A stretch of 64,000 nucleotides of DNA from an uncultured Chthonomonadaceae bacterium (GTDB lineage: Bacteria > Armatimonadota > Chthonomonadetes > Chthonomonadales > CAJBBX01), in NCBI GenBank assembly GCA_964396385.1, contig CAYNFH010000002.1:1047-65046 (forward strand), written 5' to 3'. Made by a program: the position numbers and the translations under genes. The notes under the pieces were generated by a model that saw only the letters and a list, made by a program, of their open reading frames with translations, did not search any database and was not told the origin of the DNA. Positions 38,901-48,421 of the stretch are shown in pieces. Within the stretch, counting starts at the first letter, position 1. Every line of letters starts with the position of its first letter.

Positions 38901-41011
38901 GGCGAAAGGTGAAGCCGCCATGGCGCCTCGATGGTGGTCTCCGTCGGCAGGGGCTCGCGAATCTGGGGCAGGAGTATGATCCCGGGATTTATCTTGATGA
39001 TGGATTCCGGAGGACGAGTGAGTGCCACGGGCGACTTCAGCGTGCTCTGTAGCAGTGCGGTCGCCGGCGGCTTCGGAGGCGGCGTAACCTGGTGGGACTG
39101 GAGGTCCTTGCCGCGACTCGCAAGCGTCGTCTGGAGCTTGTTTATCCTCAGACGGTTCGCATCAGCCGCCGCAAAGGCCGCGACGCTGACCTGCTTATCG
39201 TTTAGGATGTTGCCAAGCTGGCCCAGGAAAAACACAGGGGCAGGCGGCGGCTCCGCGACGGGTACTACGCTCGGTGTGAGCTTGGTCCAGTCAAGCAGCG
39301 CCTCGATCGTGTATGGGATCGCGTTGACGGACTGCGGCACGAAGAACGCCAGCCGCGACTCCCCCGCGAGACGGGATGCAGCGGGCAGCGTGATGGGCTC
39401 ATCTCCACTCTTGCTCGCGTCCGGGTCTTTCGCGCCCGGTGGATTCTTGTCGCCCGGCTTCACGCCCGGCTGGGTTTCAAAGAAGGCCTGTTCGGCGATG
39501 TTCTGAGACGGGAAGTGAACGATCAGGAAAGCGCCCTCGCTCGAGCTCGTCCTTTCCAGTCGGGGCCCGCTGCCGTCGCTCTTGAAGTTGAGGTTCACCA
39601 TCTCTATCTCGAGCGCCAGCATGTCGTCGGGGCGGGTGATTTTCATGCTGGGGCCCTGGCGGCCCAAGGCCATGAGGATTGCCGGGCTCAACTTGATCTG
39701 AAGCCTGGCCTGAGGCTGAAGGGCCGCTCGCTGTCCCAACCCGTAGGATGCGAGCTCAATGTGGGCATCCTGCGGCATGGGGCCGTAATTGACGATGGCG
39801 CCCTCCAGCGGGGCCGCGAATCCAAGCAGCGCCGGAGCGACGTGCAGGCGGTGCGCGCGGTCCTCGTCCCCCACCAGCTCGAACGGCGCCGCGCCGTCGC
39901 GGTGGCCTACGAGCACGCTGCAGCCGTTGCCGTGCAGCCAGCGGGGCTCGTCCTCATAATCCGCCAGCAGCGCGTGGCGCTCCCTGCCGCCGTCGAACCC
40001 GATGGCATAGCGGACGTTGCGCAGCCCAACGGAAAACGGCGCGCCGTCATCCGCCAGGGCGACATCGCCCGGCTCATACCGCGCCGCACTTCGGGAGGAG
40101 GTGGACTCGCCCAGCAGCGCGTAGCGCCGCCCGCCCTCCGCGGTCTCGGAGCACTCCAGCCGCAGCGTGTCGAGCAGGCCGTCTTCCTGCACCAGACGCC
40201 CAATGCGCGGCTTGGCAATGCGCGGCTTGAGCGGCCAATTCTCCTCCCCCCGTCTGAGCGATACGAGCGTCCGCCGGCTATCCGGGGACAGCATCGCGCT
40301 TGCCGCACCCGGAGCCAGCAGCGCAATCTCCACGCACTGCGCCTCGACGGCCCCATCCGGCGTATCCGCCCGCGCAATGCTGCCCTCTGACGACTGACGA
40401 CCGACGACCGACGACAGGCTGAATGTCCAGTCCGGCCGGAAGCTGGCCTGTGCTCTGCCCCCGAGCCGAAGGCCATACCTGCCATTGAGCGCCCACTCAT
40501 AAGCCTGGAGGCGGACCGGAGAAGCCGCCTCCGCCTGCCCCAACAGCCACCGCTCGAAGGGCGCCTCACACCGGAATCCCCCGACCGCCATCTGGAGCGA
40601 CATCTTCCATCCAGCGCCTGAGCGGCGAAGCTCACAGGTGAAGTCGGCGGGAAGGTCTGTGCCGGGGTACCTGCCGCCTTCCAGCGCCACTCGGATGTGC
40701 CGTGCGCTCTCCTCTACCTTCAGCTTGGGAGTGCCGGAGAAGCAGCGGGCGTCCACCACCCACCGTTCCTTTCCTTCCAGCTTGAATGCGATGCGGTTAT
40801 CGGAGCGCTCCACCTCCAGCGGCGCTCGCAATGTGTCCCCCAGCGCACGGGCGACCGGCGAGACCGCGGCCGCAGCGGCGCCGGTGAGGCCGAGCAGGTC
40901 GCGGCGGGAGAGGACGAAGCGGCCGGGCGGGACTTGTTGGGTTGTGGCCGCGCGCGCGCCGGGGAGCCGGCGGGTGCGGAGCGCGTTCAGGTCCAGACGA
41001 ACAGCTTTCAT
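35936..41011 (-). CDS. Giant-operon ORF1 (1691 aa), uncharacterised, with a twin-arginine (Tat) signal
   Basis: N-terminus has FVLSRRDLLGLTGAAAAAVSPVARALG. The body is long and non-repetitive. The C-terminal ~330 aa are Gly-rich with alternating hydrophobic strands. Confidence 0.85.
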   Translation of the reverse strand: MKAVRLDLNALRTRRLPGARAATTQQVPPGRFVLSRRDLLGLTGAAAAAVSPVARALGDTLRAPLEVERSDNRIAFKLEGKERWVVDARCFSGTPKLKVEESARHIRVALEGGRYPGTDLPADFTCELRRSGAGWKMSLQMAVGGFRCEAPFERWLLGQAEAASPVRLQAYEWALNGRYGLRLGGRAQASFRPDWTFSLSSVVGRQSSEGSIARADTPDGAVEAQCVEIALLAPGAASAMLSPDSRRTLVSLRRGEENWPLKPRIAKPRIGRLVQEDGLLDTLRLECSETAEGGRRYALLGESTSSRSAARYEPGDVALADDGAPFSVGLRNVRYAIGFDGGRERHALLADYEDEPRWLHGNGCSVLVGHRDGAAPFELVGDEDRAHRLHVAPALLGFAAPLEGAIVNYGPMPQDAHIELASYGLGQRAALQPQARLQIKLSPAILMALGRQGPSMKITRPDDMLALEIEMVNLNFKSDGSGPRLERTSSSEGAFLIVHFPSQNIAEQAFFETQPGVKPGDKNPPGAKDPDASKSGDEPITLPAASRLAGESRLAFFVPQSVNAIPYTIEALLDWTKLTPSVVPVAEPPPAPVFFLGQLGNILNDKQVSVAAFAAADANRLRINKLQTTLASRGKDLQSHQVTPPPKPPATALLQSTLKSPVALTRPPESIIKINPGIILLPQIREPLPTETTIEAPWRLHLSPHGGSGWSHASAPISFDGRTELWHTRLAVMNNGKPDESDAYYRTVRAVWSPDCPSNTAAKPGHYMYPGDAINPFRTSLDADDRYEIVRLSSDFTGLKTPTGKPVTPSAIPVDRLMLSSIGAWIELDGHWEEVQGLDVEEWQHRATMGRDQFVKVVYRGYLMPFGHRASLVKITERKVVLVNSQRIAVNRQRMFIVVREPEKSYPDGLQMFGGRNTPFTDVQILTKVTPMLDDPTRDPAKNSLAGHGQDAFWPRVGGEDFRFVLIGTDRNGYQTQFTMPLGWVESSLALPSGNPMPLLGIMFDYNRPENAARRIGPTNGAKIVFADSLKLGDTRLETESITWKAQPPQTVAAGRVQFYPALEMAEVNVPALRAFADLNNATSVDYPDLFLKNGFGPGNASELYVQVAGAPVNVTFSGQKPDGSMAANGDKTGGVGSPNMNMTALSRKYGPVGGAVPGKIALRDDARPGECAFGDGTDWNFDPKQFFANNGAILGCLVLADLVKGGVGGDGKNVPKIHSVEYPNDDSEENKKKSGVEIILDWAPEIIAIPPSANYADDPPAASTLFVPKDVKNCFSLKAKIEVIKPTAAPTNPSASLSATQAAANIAKNIKDMAGTKPPAPTWSVEGKLNEFKMALFGCIEIDFNYFKFTSSPESSFKPDPSIKDDGIKFMGALAFVNKLKDIIPGMGSSSSSGGGGHADTDTMLPAACAMPNVGGFDIGPDIHPTTSPLGIYAGVKVGIPTISVGLFSLQNIKVKAGVGIPFTGDPVNFAFDFCSQSDPFLLTVWLLGGGGWCHLLLDVHELQELTAGFQFGAMINFDITIASGGVYIKAGLTYSLKKPETVLAADGKTPLKDSHGKDVTRHPTDLTGYLQAGGYVSVLGIISLSLELYLGLEYVQNVDNSSSVTGTAQIEFHISILFFSATVGCTYTKTFAGSPAHTAALPVEDRRLASLTLPTGFALGQAPQGGTGKFHDQVDEPDWDAYCASFAFA
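40387..40418. repeat. Heptamer array (GACGACY)4 inside ORF1
   Basis: ctgacgactgacgaccgacgaccgacgacagg, encoding SSVVGRQSSEG. Confidence 0.8.
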
Positions 41012-41254
41012 GCGCTCAACTCCTAGCGGGATTCGACAGCATAGGTTAGGCGTACGTGCTCATTGCACGTGGATGGTAGACCGTTCTGAGGCGGAGGCAG
41101 CGCTCGCACCGGTCCGTCCCTCGCTTCGAGGCGCGGGACAGACCGGCTATAGCTCGCGGGGGCGGTGGATGAATCAGCGAAGGAAGAGGTACAGCCTTCT
41201 CTAAGCCATCGGATTCCGCTGCCAGCGGACGGATGAGCGGACTATAGTGCGGCC

Positions 41255-41297
41255 AGTATATCGGCGGGCCCACTCACCGTCAAGTGACGTATTTCAC
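41255..41297 (-). promoter_or_regulatory. Sigma70-type promoter TTGACG-17-TATACT of the giant operon with upstream dyad GTGA-CGTATT-TCAC
   Basis: -35 at 41278-41283, -10 at 41255-41260, dyad at 41284-41297. The string GGTGTGAAATAC resembles GGTGTAAATAC of the other two boxes. Confidence 0.55.
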
Positions 41298-41398
41298 ACC
41301 GCTCGACCGGACTAATTTACAGACCAGCGCCTAGGAATCCTACCAGCCGGGCGTGACGGGAGCGTGAACCCACAGGCTTATCTGCGTGACATGGCGGC

Positions 41399-42334
41399 TT
41401 AACTTCGTCCGCCGAGCAGATGGAGCGCGGCGCGAGCCGATGCCGTGTCCCTGGCGCCCGTCACCATGCCGAGGATGGATCCACGTAGCCGGGCGCCGGT
41501 GCCTTTCTGCCGGGAATCCATGCCGGCGAAGGAGTCCGGCAGGCCGGCGGGGGCGGGCGCTGCTTTGCGGGACACAAGGTACCGCCGATAGGCTTCGAAA
41601 GCGGCCCGCGCCGCCCCCGCGTTGGGGTATCGGATGAGGATGAGCGTGGGCTTCACGCCCGCCAGGCTGTACTCCGCCCCCACCGCCTCCGCCCCCTTCG
41701 CGATGTCGAACACGTCCCTGGGCGTGAAGATGAGCGTTGCGTCAAAGGCGGACTTGCCGCGGATGTAGCGCGCCGAACCCAGGACTATGCCCGCCTGCGG
41801 CAACCGTCCTAGCAGGTCCGGGAGACGGCCCTTCTCGCGAATGCGCGCCGAAACGGCGCGGGCGAACTGCAGCAGGGTGGCGTCATCCGGGCGGCCGATC
41901 TCGGGCTGAACGACGACCGTGTACCGGCCCTTCCAGAAGGTGAGCACGCCCACGGCCTCATAGAGCCTGGCCGGATGGTCCAGCGGAATCTGCCTGTCGC
42001 GGGAGCGCGGGCTGTGCTCCAGAAAGCTGCGCGCGCTGAAGTACCCGAACGCGTCTGCCGGACGGCCCATCTCGAAGATAGCCACCTCCAGCGTAGCCTT
42101 GCCCTTCCGGTACCTGGCGGAGCCGAGTTGCCGCAGCCCATATCCGCGCGGGATCTCCCCCGCCCCATCCATATAGTCGAACACGCGCTCGCCGGGGTAG
42201 AGCTTCGGCGGGCCCTGCACCACCCAGCCCGCCACCTGGTTGGAGGCGGGGAACAGAGCCTGAATCGGCGGCTGTGCTCGCGCACTTTGAATTGCCAGCA
42301 GCCAGACAAAAAGCAGCAGCGAGTGAGCGCGCAT
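41399..42334 (-). CDS. Secreted hypothetical protein (311 aa)
   Basis: The internal ATG 42334 overlaps the upstream TGA (TGATG). Signal peptide is MRAHSLLLFVWLLAIQSARA; no family recognised with confidence. Confidence 0.7.
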   Translation of the reverse strand: MRAHSLLLFVWLLAIQSARAQPPIQALFPASNQVAGWVVQGPPKLYPGERVFDYMDGAGEIPRGYGLRQLGSARYRKGKATLEVAIFEMGRPADAFGYFSARSFLEHSPRSRDRQIPLDHPARLYEAVGVLTFWKGRYTVVVQPEIGRPDDATLLQFARAVSARIREKGRLPDLLGRLPQAGIVLGSARYIRGKSAFDATLIFTPRDVFDIAKGAEAVGAEYSLAGVKPTLILIRYPNAGAARAAFEAYRRYLVSRKAAPAPAGLPDSFAGMDSRQKGTGARLRGSILGMVTGARDTASARAALHLLGGRS

Positions 42335-43278
42335 CAGACCAAGACGCGGCGGACATCGATGCGGCGGAGGTCGGAGACGCCGGCGTGGTACTCGGCGTCC
42401 GCGCGCTCCACGTGGTACAGGGGGTCTATCCGGCCGGAAGGCTGGCCGACCTTCAGGTACATGTCGAAGGCCACGCGATCCGCCGCTACGGGATCGGTGG
42501 AGAGGACCAGGCTCTTGGTGTAGACCCAGCCGTCCGGATAGGCGGTCCAGCCGCGCGAGGTCGTTCCTACGCGCAGCAGGTCCACCACGTGGAGCTTGCG
42601 CTGCAGCTTGAAGTCGTTGGCCGGCACCCAGCCGCAGGCCCCCATGCCGCCGCCCACCACGCCGTCCCAGCGAGGATCGTTGCGGGGCACCTCCGTGTGG
42701 TAGTTCCACGGCCCCTTCTTGGAGAAGCAGGCGTAGAGCTTGAGCGTGCCGCTGATGCCGGCAATCTCGTGGTGCTTGATGGTCGGCGTAACCACCAGCG
42801 CGTCCATCGGCAGGTCCGCGATCCCGAACAGCCGGTTGGTGATCAGCTCCGGCATCCGGTCCTGCATGGAGGCGGTGACCCGCTCGCGCCAGCCGGAGGA
42901 CATGCGGTGGGTGCCGACTACCATCCGGTGGACGCCCAGGCGGGCGATCGCGCGGTAGACCGCGACGTTCACCTCCGGCACGTTCTCAAGCTGGCCCCCG
43001 GCGGTAGGCAGGGCCACCGTATCGGTCTTGCGGACGAACGTGGACCAGGCCTGGAGCGGGTCGCTCACGCCGGCCAGGGTAGTGATGCCCTTCTCCAGCA
43101 TCCGCTCCACGAGGGGCAGCGTGGGCGGGTTCGCCGGGCCCATGGCCTCCCGGGCGGTGACCACCACGACCTTCGCGCGCGCAGCCGCCCATTCCGGGAA
43201 CACCAGCGCGCCCGCCGCCGCGCCGGCCCGCGCTACGAACTGCCGCCGGGTCACCGGCCGGCCGATCCGGTGCTCCAT
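42334..43278 (-). CDS. DUF362-domain protein with Tat signal
   Basis: The twin-arginine motif is TRRQFVARAGAAAGALVFPEWAAARA. VVVVTAREA...HHEIAGISGTLKLYAC...DPVAADRVAFD is DUF362-like. Confidence 0.75.
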   Translation of the reverse strand: MEHRIGRPVTRRQFVARAGAAAGALVFPEWAAARAKVVVVTAREAMGPANPPTLPLVERMLEKGITTLAGVSDPLQAWSTFVRKTDTVALPTAGGQLENVPEVNVAVYRAIARLGVHRMVVGTHRMSSGWRERVTASMQDRMPELITNRLFGIADLPMDALVVTPTIKHHEIAGISGTLKLYACFSKKGPWNYHTEVPRNDPRWDGVVGGGMGACGWVPANDFKLQRKLHVVDLLRVGTTSRGWTAYPDGWVYTKSLVLSTDPVAADRVAFDMYLKVGQPSGRIDPLYHVERADAEYHAGVSDLRRIDVRRVLV

Positions 43279-43293
43279 CTCTATCCTCCTTGA

Positions 43294-43337
43294 GGACCAC
43301 AGACCACAGACGACAGATCACTCCGGAATCCGTGGTC
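43294..43337. repeat. Heptamer array (CCACAGA)3 + TCCGGAATCCG core
   Basis: ggaccacagaccacagacgacagatcactccggaatccgtggtc. Confidence 0.85.
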
Positions 43338-43431
43338 CCCCAACCCTCGAATCAGTGGTGGGGCTGGCACTCCGGCCCATGGTCCGTGGTCCATGCGCGC
43401 ATCGGGTAGCATAGCGGAGAATCCCTTAGCA

Positions 43432-43465
43432 CTGAACGCCCGAACGCCTGAACGCCTGAACGCCC
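43432..43465. repeat. Heptamer array (TGAACGC)4 ending at the GTG start of the glycosidase gene
   Basis: ctgaacgcccgaacgcctgaacgcctgaacgccc. Confidence 0.85.
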
Positions 43466-45600
43466 GTGTCCTTCCGCCTCTTACTACACACGCTCCCATT
43501 GTCCCTGCTGGTCTTGCCTCTGGCAACGTGGGCATTGCCGGATCCTTCCACCCTGCGCATCGCACCTTCGCCGATGTTGGACCTGGTGGGCAACCGGCCG
43601 GACAAGAACAGCGTGGGGCACGGGAAGAACGTGGCCCTCTATACCGGCGCCCCATCCCGGTTCTTCTTCGCCACGCACGAGCTGGGCGACGTCTTCAGCG
43701 CGGTGGACGGGGCGACGGAGCGCTGGTACCCGGACCAGGTGATCGTCCGCCCCGCGGCGCCCGAGGCGGGCATCGAAGAGAGGCGGCAGGTGTGCGTTAC
43801 GGAAGATGACGTGGTCGTCTCCCGCATCCACCTGTACAACTCCGGCGGGGCGCCGGTCCGGCGTCGCATCGAGGTGACGGGCGATTGCCGCGGTTCCTTC
43901 GACTGGCGCGGAAAGCCCGGCGGGCTCAAAGAGACGCGGCGGGACGGCCGCGCCATCCTGCTGGTGGACCACAACGTCTATCCCGAGTTCCTGCCGCACG
44001 GGCTGAGCATGGCCATCGGCGGGACGGCCGCGCCGTCCGAGGTGGATACCTCTACGCCGGGGGCGTACCGGCTGGGCTACGACGTGGAGGTGCCGGCGCA
44101 CGGCTCCCGCGTCCTCACGCTGGCCTGCGCCATCCACCGCGACGAAGCGGAGGCGCGCCGGCTGCTGGCCGCCACGCTCAGGCAGGGTGACCCGGTCGCT
44201 CGAAACCGGACCCGTTGGGCCGAGTTCTACGCGCGCGAGGCGCCCCGCTTCGAATGCTCCGACCGCAGCCTGACGGAGCTCTACGCGTTCCGCTGGTTCC
44301 TGCTGAAGTTCTCCACGGCTGGCGGCAGCCTGGGTCTCTATAAGTACACGGTGGTGATGGAGGGACGGCAGGCCTTCCAGACCTACTGCTGCTACAGCGC
44401 GCCGTTCATGGCCTTCGATACCAACTGGCTCGTGGATCCCGAGGCGGGATTCGGCCAGATCGCCAACATGGCTGAGGTGGCGTACGAGGACGGCCGCTTC
44501 CCGTGGTACACGTCGCCGCGCACGAACCACGTGCCGCTGGACCATGCCTCCAAGACCGGGCTCTCCCTGCTGCCGCTGGCTGCCTGGAAGCACTACCAGG
44601 TCCACGGCCGGAAGGACCTGCTGCGCCGTGTCTATCCGGCCATGAAGCGGAACATGGAGTGGTGGATCTCGGACCGGGACCCGGACGGTAACGGCCTCTT
44701 CGCCATCGACGATCAGCTCGAGACGGGTATGGACGACCTCGTGCGCCGCTGGAAGGGACCCCGTCCTCGCCGCTATGAGGCGGTGGACGCCACGAGCTAT
44801 GCGGTCGCCAATCTGCGCGCCGTTGCGAAGATGGCGAAGGAGCTGGGAAATGGGGAGGATGCGCGCCGCTATGGGGAGTACGCGGATCGGGCGGAATCGG
44901 CGCTCCACCACATCGCCTGGGACGCCGGCTCCGCCCGGTTCCTGGACCGGAACCCGCAGGACGGCGAGCGGAGCGACTACACCGCCATTACCATCTTCTA
45001 CCCGCTCTTCGCGGGAGTTCTGAACCGCGAAGAGCTATCCATCCTCCCGCTCCGCCTGCTGAGCGAGCAAGAGTTCTGGCTGCCGCATCCCCTGCCGGCG
45101 CTCTCCCGCTCCGACCCGGAGTTCGACCCGGTGCACCGCTACTGGGCCGGCCCGAGCTGGCCCGCCGCGACCTGTCACGTCATCGAGGGGTTCGCCGACA
45201 CAGCCAAGCGGATGGACCGGTCGCTGCTGCCGCAGGCGGCGGAGCTGTTCCTCCGCGCCGCCGCCAACCACCTGCAGCCCCGGCCGGACTTCTACGAGCG
45301 GTACGATCCCTTCAGCGGGAAGCCGCTCAGCCGGTTCCGGGACTACATGCACTCCTGGTGGATAGACCTGTTCATCCGGCACGTGGCGGGACTAATGCCG
45401 CAGGAAGACGGGAGCCTGGTGATCGATCCGCTACCGCTGGGCCTCACGCGGTTCGCCCTGCGCGGCGCTCCCCACCGCGGCCACCGCGTGGACGTGCTGT
45501 GGAGCAACACCGACGGTCTCACCGTGCGCCAGGACGGCCGAACCATCCTCCGCCGCCCCACCTTCCACCCCGGCGGCGCACGGATCGGGATTCCAGCGCG

Positions 45601-45604
<4 letters not shown>
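43466..45604 (+). CDS. Secreted (alpha/alpha)6-barrel glycoside hydrolase, GH63/MGH1/trehalase-like
   Basis: Signal peptide. DRDPDGNGLFAIDDQLETGMDD and FYERYDPFSGKPL are typical of this clan. Confidence 0.65.
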
Positions 45605-46887
<1,283 letters not shown>

Positions 46888-47004
46888 GCCGCCTCCTAAG
46901 TGAAAGTCTGAGAATACTCTAACCCCGGCTGGACGAACAAAGGAATTGCCCGCCCGTCCAACAGGATGTTAGCAGCGAACAGTACCTGGACGGAGGTTGA
47001 GATA

Positions 47005-47205
47005 ATGACGAAGCGATACGGGACCTGCCCCTTCTGCAGGGCTCAGAATATGGCGCACCGCGGTGAATGCTGGTGCTGCGGCCTGCCTCTGCCGCCGGGA
47101 TTCTACCTGACCGACGAGCAGGCGGCGGTGCGGCAGATACCGCGGGACAACCATCGGACGCCCGGCTTCTTCGGCTTCGGGAAGCTGAGGACCATGGGCC
47201 GGTAG
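47005..47205 (+). CDS. Small Cys4 zinc-ribbon protein (66 aa), weak call
   Basis: GAGGTTGAG lies before ATG 47005; contains CPFCRAQNMAHRGECWCCG. Confidence 0.4.
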   Translation: MTKRYGTCPFCRAQNMAHRGECWCCGLPLPPGFYLTDEQAAVRQIPRDNHRTPGFFGFGKLRTMGR

Positions 47206-47231
47206 GTGTAATGCCAACACGGGCCCCACTT

Positions 47232-47335
47232 GTCATTCCGACTGGGGAGCCGAGCGAGCGCAGGCTCCGTTGGAGGAATCTGGCTCCGGGGCAGAGCGGC
47301 CAGATTCCCCAGTCGCTCCGCTCCTTCGGAATGAC
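47232..47335. repeat. REP/MITE-like palindromic element (GTCATTCCGA...TCGGAATGAC)
   Basis: Arms gtcattccgactggggag...ggaatctggc and gccagattccccagtcgc...cggaatgac are inverted repeats. It lies just downstream of the nrfD-like stop. Confidence 0.75.
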
Positions 47336-47358
47336 AACGGTACTGATCCGCAGTGGAG

Positions 47359-48357
47359 TTATGCCCGGCTTACGTCGCGGTCTGCCTGTGGATCGCCCGC
47401 GGAGGTGTGGCCGGCGTAGACCAGGGCCCACCGGAGGGCGAGGCCGCCGACCAGACCGAGTACAGCGGCCGTTACCTTGAGCCACGGGGCGGCGCGGCGG
47501 AACTTGCGGCCCGCCGCCTGCGCGATAGCTGGCGCGATCATCCCGGCGCCCACCGCTCCACCCCACAGGTGCGGCGCGTAGGGTCCGGAGGTGAGCGGCT
47601 TCGCCAGCGAGCCAGCGGCGGAGAGGAAGCCCGCTACCGTCGCGGCCTCCGCGACGTGGGTGACCTGCTCGATGGTTTCGATCGTGTCTGCCTGCTCCGT
47701 CCGCTGCTGCTCCTCCTGCGGCTTACCGGCCGCCAGTAGAAGGTGGATGGCGGAGGCGCCCGTGCTGAGCGCTCCGGTACTGAAGAGCGGGCCGATCCAG
47801 GGATTCCGCGCCCAGATGGGCGTGGCGGTCGTGCTCAGCAGCACGCCGGTGTACCCGGCGACCAGCAGCGCCAGCGGGATGCCCGCTGCGTCAGACAGAA
47901 GGCCGATGAGGCGATGAGCTGATGAGCCGATGAGGCGTCCCGGATTCCGAACGTCCTCTCCCGTCGGACCGCTGCGCTCGAATAACTCGTCCAGCGCCGC
48001 AAGTGTGACTATTCCGCCGTAGCCGGTGAGCGCCCAGGCGCCGAGGTTCATGGGAGAGCCGGGCTTGAAGACCCGAAGCATGTAGTGGAACCGCTTATGG
48101 TCCCCCAGGTCCTTGATGAGCAGCGGCGCGCAGGGCAGCATGGTGGTCCAGGCGACCATCGTGCCGGCCCGGGTCACGTCGCGGTAGCGCGGCCCCCCGA
48201 ACCGCTCGGCCATGCGCGCCAGCAGATAGGCCCCCGTGGAGAGACCACCGAGGAAGAAATAGGTAGCGATCTCCCAGCCCCATACGGGCGGCTTCAGCAT
48301 CGGCACGTCGTAGTACGCCGGCGCCGGCGGTTCCCGCGTCACCAGTGCTTCGGTCAA
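47359..48357 (-). CDS. NrfD/PsrC-type integral membrane quinone-interacting subunit of the formate dehydrogenase operon
   Basis: YYDVPMLKPPVWGWEIATYFFLGGLSTGAYLLA is the NrfD family N-terminus. TTG start with GAAGGGAG SD. It carries a heptamer-array insertion. Confidence 0.8.
   Translation of the reverse strand: MTEALVTREPPAPAYYDVPMLKPPVWGWEIATYFFLGGLSTGAYLLARMAERFGGPRYRDVTRAGTMVAWTTMLPCAPLLIKDLGDHKRFHYMLRVFKPGSPMNLGAWALTGYGGIVTLAALDELFERSGPTGEDVRNPGRLIGSSAHRLIGLLSDAAGIPLALLVAGYTGVLLSTTATPIWARNPWIGPLFSTGALSTGASAIHLLLAAGKPQEEQQRTEQADTIETIEQVTHVAEAATVAGFLSAAGSLAKPLTSGPYAPHLWGGAVGAGMIAPAIAQAAGRKFRRAAPWLKVTAAVLGLVGGLALRWALVYAGHTSAGDPQADRDVSRA
47903..47953. repeat. Heptamer array (GATGAGN)4 + CCGGATTCCG core inside the nrfD-like CDS
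   Basis: ccgatgaggcgatgagctgatgagccgatgaggcgtcccggattccgaacg, encoding RLIGSSAHRLIGLL. Confidence 0.85.
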
Positions 48358-48380
48358 GTTGATGCTCCCTTCAAACCTGG

Positions 48381-48421
48381 CGCTCAGGCGTTCAGGCGTT
48401 CAGGTCCGACGTCAGAACGCC
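48381..48421. repeat. Heptamer array (CAGGCGT)3 with short hairpin, in the spacer between fdhB and the nrfD-like gene
   Basis: cgctcaggcgttcaggcgttcaggtccgacgtcagaacgcc. Confidence 0.8.

Noticed and set aside
43484-44911. 475-aa minus-strand ORF
   Set aside because: It is antisense to the GH63-like gene, with shadow-ORF composition.
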